Shown here piece after piece: positions 41,391-52,503 of a stretch of DNA of 64,000 nt. Source of the stretch: an uncultured Actinomycetes bacterium (GTDB lineage Bacteria; Actinomycetota; Thermoleophilia; RBG-16-64-13); NCBI GenBank assembly GCA_963841735.1, contig CAWJDT010000001.1:96001-160000 (forward strand), in the 5' to 3' direction. Made by a program: the position numbers and the translations under genes. Below the pieces are notes generated by a model. That model was not told the DNA's origin. It searched no databases and worked only from the letters and a program-made list of their open reading frames with translations. Numbering within the stretch: position 1 is the first letter of the stretch; the number at the start of each line of letters is the position of its first letter.

Positions 41391-43919
41391 CTAGCCCTCC
41401 CATTTCTCGATCTCGATGAGGCAGGAATTGGGCGTCATGCCCGGCACGTTCTTGGACATCATGCGTGAGGGGGTGAGCATGGCCACGCACCCACCCCGGT
41501 CCATGGAGTCTGCTTCGCCCGGCTGCAGCGGATCGTACAGGGCCGAGGATGCGTAGCTGTGGATAGTGCCGGGGCGGATGCGCCCGGTGATGACCGCCAT
41601 GCAAAGCACCGAGGCGCGGTCGTTGTAGAGCCGCACGATATCGTGGTTGTTGATGCCGCGCTCAGCCGCGTCCTCGGGGTTGACGCGCACCGGCCACCAC
41701 GGATGCCCGTCCTTCTTGATGCGGTGGGTCTCGATGTCGTTGAGCCAGTCGGTGTGCTTGTCGTAGTGACAATGGAACGAGAACCGCGGATGCGGGGAGA
41801 TAAGCTGAAGTGGGTACTTATCGTACAGCCCGGGTGTCCTGTAGCCCTCGAAGCTCTGGATGTACCGCGGCACCACCGGACGCTCGTCGTCGTCGGGGAA
41901 GTACTGCTTGAGGCTCTCCGACGCGAACTCGATCTTGCCGCTGAAAGTGCCCAACTCGCCGCCCTTATCGGTGAGGCGCTTGTTGTTACCCGGGTCGGGG
42001 GTGTCGCAATCCCTACCCTCGTAGAACCAACGCAGCCCAGGGGTGGCCTTGTAGTCGTCCTTGATGTTGATGATGTGGTAGCCCTTGCGGTTGAACTCTT
42101 CCCAGCTCACCTCGTTCGGCAGGTCGGAGATCTCGAAGAACTTCTTGACCCAGTCGGCCTCGGTCTTGCCACCATCGGTGTACTCGTTACGCAGGTCCAT
42201 CTTCTCGAAGATAAGCGCGAAGATCTCGTAGTCGGACTTGGACTCCCAAAGAGGCTCGATGCACTTCTGCTCGCGCACGACCACGCGGTAGTTGCAGCCA
42301 CTGCTGGCGTGCCAGGTGTAGCCGTTGACGGCCGCCCATTCGCCGATGTCGTCGCGCTCGAAGTTGGTGCAGGCCGGCAGGATGACGTCGGCCATGCGGG
42401 TCTCGCTGTTGAACCAGACGTCCTGATTGACCACGAACTCCAGCTTGGGGCTCTGGTACATGCGCACCCACTTGGTGGTGTCGGCCATGGTGCCCATGAA
42501 GGACCCACCGTAGCGGTACCACAGCTTGATCTCGGAGCAACCTTCGGCCGGGTAGTTGAAGTGAGTGAACTGCTGCTCCAGCGACTTGCCGCAGAAGCCC
42601 TCGCCGTGCCACTCGACGTGTCCTTCGAGGATGGCTTCCGGCACCGTGAGCCGCCACAGACGCTGCGGGTTGTTGTTCACGGGGATGTAGTCGCAGGCCA
42701 TGGGTGGACATCGACACACGCCCGGCGGGCTCACCGTAGGCTGGGAACCAAACAGTGGTGTCGTTGGGCGCGCCCATAGTGGTGCCCCAGATGCCGCGGC
42801 CCGGAGCGCCCAGACCCTGCATGGCCTGCAGCAGCACCATCATGCGGGCCCACTCGGTGGCGAACGCCTGCCGGCAGGCCCCGCCTTCGCCGCCGCGCGA
42901 TCCGCCGGAAAGAATGGTGCGCTTGGCGGTCCACTCGCGCGCCAGCGTGCGGATGACCCGGGCTTCGACGCCGGATTCCTCGGCAGCCCACTCGGGAGTC
43001 TTAGGCACCCCGTCGGTCTCACCCAGGATGTACTCCTTGAACTCCTCGAAGCCGAGGGTGCGATCGCGGACGTAGTCCTTGTTGTAAGTGTCTTCGGTGA
43101 TCCACACGTACGCTACGGCCATAGCCAGGGCCGCGTCGGTGCCCGGCCGCGGGGCGATCCACTTGCCCCCCATGACGGCGTTGGTGTAGTTGTGGAAGGG
43201 ATCTATGAAGACCATCTTGACGCCCTTCTCCTTGAGCCACTGCCGCCAAAGGGCGGAGTCCTGGCCGGAGTAGGTGCCCCGAGTGGTATCCGGGTCGTTG
43301 GACCAGTAGACGATCATCTCTGCGTTCTGCAGGGCGTCGCTCAGCATGTCGTAGGGCTCGGGCATACCCAGCCGCCACTGGAAGCCGTAGGTGTGAGTCG
43401 CCCCCCAGTGCCACCCCTCCCAGCTGTCAGGGTTGTCGAGCACCGGGGTGCCTTCCACCATGTTGAGGAAGCGGGCGAACGGGCCCCATCTTGTAGCCGA
43501 CGATGCCCCAGTTGTGATGCGAGGAGGTCAGGCCGCTGATGGCCGAACCACCGTATGTCTCTTTGACGCGCGTGAGCTCGGAAGCCACCAGCGTGGCCGC
43601 TTCGTCCCAGGAGATGCGTACATAGCGCGACTTGCCGCGGTTCTGCGGGTTGCGCTCGCCGTTGGGATCGAAATCCACCCGCTTCATGGGGTACTTGATG
43701 CGCTCGTCGGAGTAGATGCGACGACGCTCCGCATGTACGCAGGGTGAGAGTGTGACCTTCTTGGGCGGGGAGTACTCCTTGCCGTCGGCCTCGATGACCC
43801 AAGGCTTCGTAGTCGTCCGGGTCGACCACCAGCGGCCTGATCCTGACGATCTTTCCGTCTTTGACGTATACGGACACCGGCCCGCTATTGGTGCAGTTCG
43901 CGAAGACCTTTTCAGCCAT
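41391..43919 (-). CDS. Pyrogallol transhydroxylase-family Mo enzyme, large subunit (AthL-like paralog 2; indels near 43800, 43487, 42710)
   Basis: GPVSVYVKDGKI, FDPNGERNPQNRG, SSHHNWG, NPDSWEGWHWG, WFPAYG, SPHPRFSFH. Confidence 0.9.
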
Positions 43920-43966
43920 CAAACATCAGCTCCCGGACTAGTGGGGATCGAAACTCGAGGGGCTAA

Positions 43967-44031
43967 ACGATATCTCGATATTATTGGATAATACTGTTAA
44001 TATCGTAGAGTAGGTTGCGTCGATTTGCAAG
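43967..44031 (-). promoter_or_regulatory. Conserved promoter/operator element, copy A
   Basis: TTGCAA-N17-TACGAT followed by TCCA(A/G)TAATATCGAGATATCGT; 51/65 identical to 53697-53761 by manual alignment. Confidence 0.8.
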
Positions 44032-44074
44032 GAGTGCGGACGCTCTGCGACCCGCAAACCGCGTCGGGGGAGCC

Positions 44075-44880
44075 ATGGCGACGACGACAGTATCGCGAGA
44101 CACCGACGCCTTCCAGGTGAGAGCGCTGACCCGGGGCCTCTCTATCTTATGCCTGTTCGACGTCGACAACCGGGAATGGACCATAGACGAGATGGCCGAG
44201 CAGACCGGCTTGGTTCGTATGACGGTCTATCGGATGGCCCGCACTCTCGAGTCCATGGCGTTTCTGGTACGAATCCTTCGACCAACCACTACAGGTTGGG
44301 GCCGGCCATCATCGCCATGCGATACGTCTCCGACGACCAGTCGGGTTTTGTGAATGCAGCGCGCCCCTTTCTGGAAGTCGCTTGCGCGTGAGACGGGTGA
44401 GTCCGTCACGCTCGCCGTCGAGGTCGATGGCTATCCGGTTTGCGTGGACATCATCAACACCACTCGCCCCTTCAAGCGCCGCACCGCTCCCGGACGAATC
44501 TTGGGCAACGTGGCCACGGTGCACGGCAAGCTATTCAATGCGTTCGAAGCCCCGCGGAGAGACAGGCGATGCTGGCCAAACCCGTGCTGCAGAGAATGAC
44601 CGACACTGTCGTCGATCGCGAGGCCATCTTGGCGGAACTGGATCAGGTCGCCCACGATGGGAGTGGCCTACGACATCGAGGGCACCTACAGCGGGCCTCT
44701 GCGCGGTGGGGGCCCCTGTGCGCGATCAGTTCGGCGCTGTAGCCGCGGCGATGTCGGTGGTCATGCCGGCCGGGCGCTTCGGGCCGGCCGAGAGGGCGCT
44801 ATGCACCGAGGCGGTCAAGAAGGCTGCCACTGTCGTTCTCGGCCTACCTAGGTTGGACTCCTGGACGGTCTTCCACCTAG
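44075..44880 (+). CDS. IclR-family regulator (several indels)
   Basis: VRALTRGLSIL, RMTVYRM HTH, TGESVTLAV, CAVGAPVRD. Confidence 0.85.
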
Positions 44881-44909
44881 TTTGGCTCAACCGTGTTCCA
44901 GAGACACCA

Positions 44910-44937
44910 TTGACTACAAGCTCACGAAAGGTATAGT
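44910..44937 (+). promoter_or_regulatory. Candidate promoter for transhydroxylase paralog 3
   Basis: TTGACT-N16-TATAGT about 75 nt upstream of ATG 45012. Confidence 0.5.
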
Positions 44938-45011
44938 CCCTAGGCCAAGACTCCTTGAAGACCCTTGTGAAGTCGCCGTTGACACCCCTCCTTCGAAAGG
45001 ACCCGATTGCG

Positions 45012-47648
45012 ATGGCAGACGAGAAGCGCAAGAAGGTCGACGTTAGCGTCGACAAGGTAACGATCAAGAACTTGGCTATGGGGGGGCTACTGGGAGGCGG
45101 CGGAGAGTGCTTCGTCGACGTCAAGGACGGCAAGGCCGTAAGGATCAGGCCGTACAAGTACGACTGGAAGACAGGATTTCGAGAAGCTCAGACCCCTGGA
45201 CCATCGAGCGCAACGGCGAGACGCTGAGGCCCCTGGCCAAAGCCCTTCCGGCACCGTTCTCGCTCGCTTACAAGAAGAGGACGTTTTCGCCCAACCGGGT
45301 GAAGTTCCCCATGGTGCGGGTCGACTGGGACCCGAACGGCGAGCGTAATCCCCAGAACCGCGGCAAAAGCAAGTACAGGCGGATCTCCTGGGACGAAGCC
45401 GATCGACATCATCGCCGCCGAGATCAGACGGATCCACAAGGAATATGGCCCGCTCGCCATCCTCGCCCAAGGCGATGGCCACGGCGAGAACAAGACCATC
45501 CATACCCCCCACGGCCACCAGGCCCGGCTGCTCGACATGATGGGCGGGTTCACCCAGCAGGTCCGCAACCCGGACAGCTGGGAAGGCTGGTACTGGGGAG
45601 CCAAGCACGTGTGGGGCCAGGGCTTCCAAGGCATGATGTCGCCGGCGGCCAACCTCATCAAGGACATCTCCGAGAATTGCGACATGGTGCTCAAGTGGGG
45701 CTGCGACGAAGAGACCACCCCTTGGGGCTTCACCGGCCAGTACGCCAGCCGCATCTCCCAGTTCTGGACGCGCGCGGGCATCAAGCAGGTGTACATCTGC
45801 CCCGACCTCAACTACGCCGCCGCGGTCCACGGTGACAAGTGGATCCCGGTGCTTCCCAACACCGACGCCGCTCTGCAGCTGGCCATCATCTATGTGTGGC
45901 TGACTGAGGACACCTGGAACAAGGAGTACGTCAAGACCCACGCGGTCGGCATGGATGAGGTGGCCGAGTACGTTCTGGGCAACGACGAGGACGGCCACAG
46001 CCAAGACCCCCGAGTGGGCCTCGAAGATCTGCGGCGTGCCTGAGTGGACCATCAAGGCCCTAGCGCGGGAGTTTGCCAAGAACATCACTTCGATCATCCA
46101 CTACTTCGGCGGTTCGGCCTTCCGCGGCCCGTACTCGCACGAACCCGGCCGGCTGGAGTGCGTGCTGTTGGGCATGCAGGGGCTCGGCGGGCCCGGCGTG
46201 CACCAGTGCCAGATGACCTACTTCGGCATGCCTCGGGCCGAGGGTCTGGGAAGCGTCCGCTTCTTCAACCCCGATCTGCCCGAGCGACTCACCAAGCCCT
46301 GCTGGACCACGGTGCACGCTTGGGGCCCGCAGCTCATCCCCAAGACCCTCATCCAGGACGCCATCATGAAGGCCCCGTTGGTCTTCCACGGCAGCGGCGG
46401 CCAGGAGTGCCAGACCGAGGAGCAGTTCACCAAGCTACACCTACCCGATCGCGAAGGAAAAGGGCGGCGTCCGCATCCACATGATGTGGACCGACACGCC
46501 GTGCCGCATCACCTGCTGGAACCACGGCAACTGGACTATCGAGGCCATGAAGGACCAGAGCATCGAGTTCGTCTTGGCTCAGCACCCTTGGCTGGAGAAC
46601 GACTGCCTCTACGCCGACATGATCCTGCCGGCCAACACCACGCTCGAGGTCGAGGACATCGTCACCACCACCCGGCAGGGCCCACACTTCGCCAGCGTCT
46701 CCATCCAGGAGCAGTCGATCCTCCCGGTGGGCGAGTCGAAGAGCGACTACGAGATCGTGGCCGACCATCGCCGAGACGTTGGGCAAGGGCGACGAGTTCA
46801 GCGGCGGCCTCTCCACCCTGGACCTGCAGAAGCTGGTCTTCGACGCCATGAAGATGGACAAGCTCACCACGTGGGAAGACTTCTACGAAAAGAAGACCTA
46901 CGTGTACGCCACCGCCCACGACTGGGAAGCATGACCCGCCAGGCTTCCGCAAGTTCTACGAGGACCCGAAGGCGAATCCGCTTCCGACCCCCACCGGCCT
47001 GCTTGGAGTTCTACTCCGAGGCGCTGGCAGTGCACTTTCCCGACGACAAAGAACGCCCACCGTTCCCGAAGTGGGTGCCGAAGGGCATCACGCACGACGA
47101 GGACCTCTCGAGCGAGCGCGCCGACATGTTCCCGCTGCTGCTGATGTCCAACCACCCGCGCTGGCGCACGCACGCCCAGGGCGACGACATCAGCTGGACC
47201 CGTGAGACCCCGACCGGCAAGGTACTGGGCTTCGACGGCTACCGGTACGAGCCCATCTGGATCAACCCGGCCGACGCTGCAGACACGCTGCATCAACGAC
47301 GGCGACGTGGTCAAGATCTTCAACGAGCGCGGCATCGTGCTCGTGGGCGCCCGCGTCTGGGAGCGCATCCGACCCGGCGTGGTCTACGTAGATCACGGTG
47401 CGCGGCACGACCCACTGGTGCCCGGCAAGGTGGACCGCGGTGGCGCCATCAACACCATCGCCCCCAACGGGCTTACGTCGAAGAACTGCTGCGGCCAGGC
47501 CACGAGCGGCTACCTGGTAGACGTTGCGAAGGTCAAGAACGAGGAATGGGAGAAATGGCGCAGGGAGCATCCTGAGGCTTTCGCCAGAAAGTACGACCAA
47601 GGTGCAGGCTTGCGCTTCGACGCCTGGATAGAGGGAGACGACAAATGA
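45012..47648 (+). CDS. Divergent transhydroxylase-family Mo enzyme, large subunit (paralog 3; multiple indels)
   Basis: VDVKDGKAVRIRP, WDPNGERNPQNRG, NPDSWEGWYWG, SNHPRWRTHAQ, DRGGAIN across successive frames. Confidence 0.87.
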
Positions 47649-48463
47649 AGGCTTTCGTCATCGACGTCGAGCTCTGCGTAGGCTGCTACGCCTGCCAGTT
47701 CGTCTGCAAAGACGAGCACGTCGGCAACGACTGGTCGCCCATCGCCAAACCCCAGCCCGACACCGGCCAGTTCTGGATGAGGCTGGACGAGCACATCCGC
47801 GGCACCGTGCCCAAGGTCGAGATGCACTACATCCCGAATCCGTGCATGCACTGCGCCGAACCCCCGTGCGTGCCGCCGTGCCCGATCGAGGGCGCCATCT
47901 ACAAGCGCGAAGACGGCCTGGTCATCATCGATTCAGAGAAGTGCACCGGTTGCGGGCGCTGCGTGGATGTCTGCCCGTACGCGGCCATCTACTTCAACGA
48001 CGACCTCCACCTGGCGCAGAAGTGCACCGGTTGCGCCCACCTGCTGGACGGCGGCGAGTGGACGGTGCCCAGATGCGTCGATGCCTGCCCTACCGAGGCG
48101 ATCAAGTTCGGCGAGGAGAGCGAGTTCGCGGCCGAGATCGCCAAGGCTGAGGTGCTGAGGCCCGAGTTGGGCCACAAGCCCCGCGTCTACTACCTGAACA
48201 TCCCCAAGAAGTTCATCGGCGGCACGGTCTACGATCCGGCGGACAAGGAAGTCATAGTGGGTGCCAGCTGCACGCTGGCCGGTGCGGATGACAAGACGCT
48301 GACCGCGACGACGGATGGCTTCGGCGACTTCTGGTTCCGCGGCCTGGCCGACGGCGCCAGCTACAAACTGACCATCGCGGCGAAGGGCTTCAAAGACAAG
48401 ACCTTCGATGCCGTGGTCACCGAGAAGGACGTCAACCTGGGAGATATCGCGCTGACGAAGTAG
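47645..48463 (+). CDS. BthL-like FeS subunit with four complete 4Fe-4S motifs
   Basis: CVGCYACQFVC, CMHC..PCVPPCP, CTGCGRCVDVCP, CTGC..CVDACP; TDGFGDFWF tail; ATGA overlap. Confidence 0.92.
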   Translation: MKAFVIDVELCVGCYACQFVCKDEHVGNDWSPIAKPQPDTGQFWMRLDEHIRGTVPKVEMHYIPNPCMHCAEPPCVPPCPIEGAIYKREDGLVIIDSEKCTGCGRCVDVCPYAAIYFNDDLHLAQKCTGCAHLLDGGEWTVPRCVDACPTEAIKFGEESEFAAEIAKAEVLRPELGHKPRVYYLNIPKKFIGGTVYDPADKEVIVGASCTLAGADDKTLTATTDGFGDFWFRGLADGASYKLTIAAKGFKDKTFDAVVTEKDVNLGDIALTK

Positions 48464-48516
48464 CCGGCCAGGTAGCGGGGCGAAGCCCCGACGCATTGAA
48501 GCTCGGAACGCAGTTC

Positions 48517-48555
48517 GGGGCCCCGTCGCGGAAGCGACGGGGCCCCGGTTTGTCT
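48517..48555 (+). terminator. Intrinsic terminator
   Basis: CGGGGCCCCGTCGC-GGAA-GCGACGGGGCCCCG followed by GTTTGTC. Confidence 0.75.
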
Positions 48556-48798
48556 TGAGGCAAGCAAGACCCCGCGGGCTTCGGCGGCAAGCGATCCCAC
48601 CGCCGAATCTGCCCTATCCCAGATGCTCTTGGTTCGAAGGGCGTCCGGTACTGCCCGCCACCTCTGTTCCCGGGGTGAACCGCATGGCCCCGTGCGCGTG
48701 AAACGCCGCGTGTCTCACATCAACTTGTTCAAATCCAGTATCCCCCTGTAGCCCCACTCGTTTCTAGTGCCGGCATAGCCGCCTGCCCCCGCGCAATG

Positions 48799-49347
48799 TC
48801 ACATGTGGAGGCGCTCCATCGGGGGCATGCGCTGGTATTCAGGCTTGGACTCTATCATCTTCCGGAGCGTATCGAACCAGTTCTGCAAGGCCTTTGCCTC
48901 TGACGTCTCCGCGTCGTCGGCATTCGGCCAGGCAACGGTTTTCCACATGCCATCCGCCTGCATCTCCAGGGAGTAGCCTGTGGGTGTGCTGGCGGTCACA
49001 CGCGTCTTCGGCCGGAAGTCCGCGGGATAGTCGAGGATATGCATGGCGCGCAGATCCTGGTACAGACTGGCAAGTTCCTCGCTGGTGAGGCGCAGTTCGG
49101 CTGTGGGGTTCGACTTGGTCTCACTGTTGATGTTCTTGGTAAAGGTCCCCTCGAAGGTATCAACGCGGTCCCCCGTAAAGACCCCGTATGCGGCGATGAA
49201 GCCGAAGTCGGCCGGCATGACGGCCGGGAGCTGAACGGCCGACGTGGTCATTGGTGCCGAGGATTCGCAGCCAAATGCGAACGTTCCAACCGCAACGCAA
49301 CCGAGCAGGACACTGCGTATGAGCAGGGAGCGAATACGCATCGCCAT
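48799..49347 (-). CDS. Hypothetical lipoprotein
   Basis: Basic N-terminus, hydrophobic stretch and FAFG-C lipobox-like site. Confidence 0.65.
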   Translation of the reverse strand: MAMRIRSLLIRSVLLGCVAVGTFAFGCESSAPMTTSAVQLPAVMPADFGFIAAYGVFTGDRVDTFEGTFTKNINSETKSNPTAELRLTSEELASLYQDLRAMHILDYPADFRPKTRVTASTPTGYSLEMQADGMWKTVAWPNADDAETSEAKALQNWFDTLRKMIESKPEYQRMPPMERLHM

Positions 49348-49505
49348 GGCTACCCCCGAATGTCGATCTAGCCCATTCTACCTCTGGCCACTCGCCGCTT
49401 GTGTTCGAGGTCTGCACAGTATCGCCCGCTCAGCGGATAGCACAGCATATGGGGTGTCGCCCACAGAACCTCGGACGTAGCTCAGTAGGAGGCCCCATAG
49501 AACGT

Positions 49506-49673
49506 CTACCTCGAACCCCCGCGACCATGACTAGCATTCAGCGGCAGGATCTTCCGCCTGCCACATCTTTCACATTCCACCTCGACTGCATACTGCGTTG
49601 GCTGCGCCGCAGCCCGGTAGGAATGCAGGCCCACTCTGCACGGTAATGGCTTCTTCCATACTTGGTCTCTCAC
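49506..49673 (-). CDS. Small putative Zn-binding protein (55 aa)
   Basis: GGAGG RBS + GTG; C-x4-H...C-x2-C (CRVGLH..CERC). Confidence 0.45.
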   Translation of the reverse strand: MRDQVWKKPLPCRVGLHSYRAAAQPTQYAVEVECERCGRRKILPLNASHGRGGSR

Positions 49674-49952
49674 GATGCCCTCCGCCCGAAGCATTCGTCC
49701 GTCGCTCACCCCTGAGCAACGCATCAACGTCGCCCCGCTGCCATGTCCGTACCTCGGCTTATTCTACTTGTATCTGTGGTCTTGGGGATCTCGCTCTCCT
49801 TCGCAGCCGCACCTGCCTGGTGCGGGCGCGCACCCAAAGCTGAGGAGACCTCGCGCACGCGCCGGCTACTAGTCTGAGAGGGTGGAGGAGGCCCCGTGCG
49901 CCCCTCGGCCACAGGGGCCTGTGAGTGAAGGGAGCCCGCGCGACCCCCGGGG

Positions 49953-50771
49953 TTACCGGTGTGAGTAGCCCAGGAACGCCGAGATCGTCGCCGCGGAGGC
50001 CTTGACGGCCTCGCCGTAGGCCCGCTTCTCCTTGGGACCAAAGCGCCCGGTGGGGACGATCAGAGAGACGGCCGCCACCACTACGCCGAGCTGGTCGCGC
50101 ACGGGTGCCGCCACCGCGCAGGTGCCGACGTTGCGCTCTTCCATGTCGAAAGCCACCCCGGCGCTTGCCACTCGGTCCAGCTCGGCGGCAAGCTCAGTGG
50201 GTTCGGTGATGGTGTTGGGAGTCAGCTGGGGATGAGGGCTGGCGAGGATGCCTTCCCTCTCAGCAACAGACTTGAAGGCCGAGAAGACCTTGCCATTGGC
50301 GCTGGCCGTGTCGCCGATGATGCGCCCCACGGCGACCTCACGACGGAAGGGGCGGGGGGTGTCGACCATGTCGACACTCACCGCCACCCCGTCGACTTCC
50401 ATAGCTAGGGTAGCCGCTTCACCCGTCTTCTCTGTGAGCTCCTGCAGATACGGGCGCGAGATGGCCGCGAGCTCGGCGTAGCCCTCCGACAGATAGGTGG
50501 AGGAGAGCAACGCCGGGCCCAGATGGTACCGATTGGTCACCGAATCGCGCACCAGGTACCAGGCCGACTCCATGGTCCGAATCATTCGATAGGCAGTCAT
50601 GCGGGGAAGACCGGCGCGTTCCGCGATCTCGTCCAGAGTCCATTCCCGGTTCTCGGCGTCGAACAGTGAGAGTATCGAAAGCCCCTTAGCCAGGGCACGC
50701 ACCATGAAGGCGCTGTCCCCACCGTTTGCAGACTTCGCACGTTGCTCTGTTCTAGCTTCCGTTCCGGCCAT
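49953..50771 (-). CDS. IclR-family regulator
   Basis: VRALAKGLSIL, RMTAYRM, TGEAATLA, LTPNTIT, CAVAAPVRD. Confidence 0.93.
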   Translation of the reverse strand: MAGTEARTEQRAKSANGGDSAFMVRALAKGLSILSLFDAENREWTLDEIAERAGLPRMTAYRMIRTMESAWYLVRDSVTNRYHLGPALLSSTYLSEGYAELAAISRPYLQELTEKTGEAATLAMEVDGVAVSVDMVDTPRPFRREVAVGRIIGDTASANGKVFSAFKSVAEREGILASPHPQLTPNTITEPTELAAELDRVASAGVAFDMEERNVGTCAVAAPVRDQLGVVVAAVSLIVPTGRFGPKEKRAYGEAVKASAATISAFLGYSHR

Positions 50772-50802
50772 GCTGCTCTCTTCCCCCTGGTCCGCGCTCA
50801 AA

Positions 50803-51579
50803 TCACGCGAAGGCCATTGTCCCGCCGTCGGGATACAGGATAGTGCCCGTGACGAAATCGGACGCTGCCGAAGCCAAGAACACCGCCGGACCAATGAGGT
50901 CCTCGGGCTCGCCAAACCGTCCCATGGGGATGTTGTTCAGCGTCTTGGCGTAGCGCTCGGGATTGTTCTTGATGGTCTCTTTGGTCATGGGCGTAGCGGT
51001 GATGATGGGGCCCAAGGCGTTCACCAGAACGTTCTTGGACGCCAACTCCACAGCCAGAGTGCGGGTGATCATGTCCACGGCGCCCTTGGTGGCGCAGTAG
51101 CCCATGTTGCCACCACCGGCAGCACGCAGGCCACGGATAGATGACAGGTTGATGATCTTGCCGCCACCCTGCTCGACCATGTGAGCCGCGAAGTTCTTGC
51201 AACACAGCATGACGCCGCGCACGTTGACCGAGAACAGCTTGTCCCACGCCTCGGCGGGAAACTCAGTTGCGGCACCCTTGATGTTGAAGCCCTGGGCGTT
51301 CACCAACACGTGCACACGACCCATGTCGGCTACGGTGTTCTTGACCAACGCCTGGATGTTGTCTTCCTGGTCGGTGTTGACCGAGTAGGTTTTCACCTTT
51401 GCGCCGGTCTTGGCTTCGATCTCAGCGGCCGCGCTCTTCAGCCCGTCCTCGTTGATGTCGGCGATAGCTACCTGTGCTCCGTACTCCGCCAGGCCAGCCG
51501 CGAGCACTCGCCCGAGACCACCGGCGCCGCCGATGACCACCGCGTTCTTACCCTTCAGCGAAAAGAGATTATCTTTCAT
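50803..51579 (-). CDS. SDR oxidoreductase, candidate phloroglucinol reductase
   Basis: GGAGGLG, LVNAQGFN, SSIRG, YCATKG, ILYPDGG; SDR family is certain, substrate is inferred from context. Confidence 0.75.
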   Translation of the reverse strand: MKDNLFSLKGKNAVVIGGAGGLGRVLAAGLAEYGAQVAIADINEDGLKSAAAEIEAKTGAKVKTYSVNTDQEDNIQALVKNTVADMGRVHVLVNAQGFNIKGAATEFPAEAWDKLFSVNVRGVMLCCKNFAAHMVEQGGGKIINLSSIRGLRAAGGGNMGYCATKGAVDMITRTLAVELASKNVLVNALGPIITATPMTKETIKNNPERYAKTLNNIPMGRFGEPEDLIGPAVFLASAASDFVTGTILYPDGGTMAFA

Positions 51580-51619
51580 CGTGTCTCCCTCTACTAGCAT
51601 TTAAGAATTACGGTCGCTC

Positions 51620-52459
51620 TCAGACCTTCTTGGTGAGGCCCAGGATCTCGCGCGTTTCTGCTGCATTGGCGATCTCGCGACCGGCAAGCTTGCCGAGCTC
51701 GACCGCACGGGCCACAAGCTGCGGGTTGGTGGCCAACACGCCCTTCTCAAAAAAGATGTTGTCTTCAAGACCCACTCTGAGACCATCGCAACCCTCGGCG
51801 AGGCCCATGAGCATGCAGGGCATGTGGTACTTGCCGATGCCCGAGATCGACCACGTGGAGCCGGCCGGGATCTTGGGTAGCAGGTAGGCAAGCGACTCCA
51901 CGGTGCCGGGCATGCCGCCGGCAACGCCCAGAACGAACTGGCAGTGCAGCGGGGCCTTGAGGAACCCCTTCTTGAGATAGAAGTCCGTGTTGCCGATCAT
52001 GCCGGCGTCGAAGATCTCGATCTCAGGCTTGACGCCCAGCTCCTGCGACAGTGTGCCCAGCTCTTCCAGAAACTTGGGTTCGTTGAGGAACACGTAGCTG
52101 TTGCCCCAGTTCATGGTGCCGGGGTCATACGAGCACATCTCGGGCTTGACCAGCGCGAGGTGGCTCATGCGCTGCTCGTAGCTGAACTTGGAACCGGAAG
52201 TGGTGACGTTGATGACCACGTCAAGCCCTGCGGCGGCCACCTTCTCGCGTATCTTGCCCACGACCTCTACGAAGATGTCCTTGTCCATCACGTTGACGCC
52301 CTTCGCGTCGCGCACATGGACATGGAGGATGGAGGCCCCTGCCTTCACGCACTCCAGGCCGTCGGCGGCTATCTCGTCGGGCGTGATGGGAACATTGGGA
52401 TTCTGTTCTTTGGTAGTACCTACTCCGCAAAGGGCGCAGGTGATGATCAGCTTGCTCAT
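51620..52459 (-). CDS. beta-keto acid cleavage enzyme (Kce/DUF849 family), candidate triacetate acetoacetate-lyase
   Basis: IITCAL, ILHVHVRD, KPEIEIFD, RVGLEDN. Confidence 0.88.
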   Translation of the reverse strand: MSKLIITCALCGVGTTKEQNPNVPITPDEIAADGLECVKAGASILHVHVRDAKGVNVMDKDIFVEVVGKIREKVAAAGLDVVINVTTSGSKFSYEQRMSHLALVKPEMCSYDPGTMNWGNSYVFLNEPKFLEELGTLSQELGVKPEIEIFDAGMIGNTDFYLKKGFLKAPLHCQFVLGVAGGMPGTVESLAYLLPKIPAGSTWSISGIGKYHMPCMLMGLAEGCDGLRVGLEDNIFFEKGVLATNPQLVARAVELGKLAGREIANAAETREILGLTKKV

Positions 52460-52503
52460 ATCAGATCACTCTCCTAGTGAAGGGTCGGAATCGATCTCGT
52501 GGT

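Noticed and set aside
44938-45010. Moco/tungsten riboswitch ahead of paralog 3
   Set aside because: The leader is short and I could not match the conserved motif elements
46920-46945. In-frame TGA in a Mo enzyme read as selenocysteine
   Set aside because: Homologous sequence continues in another frame (HDPPGFRKFYEDP), so this is an indel, and the site is not at the metal-ligand position
51620-52459. Lysine-fermentation Kce
   Set aside because: No kamA, kamDE, kdd or kal genes nearby; the context fits triacetate cleavage better
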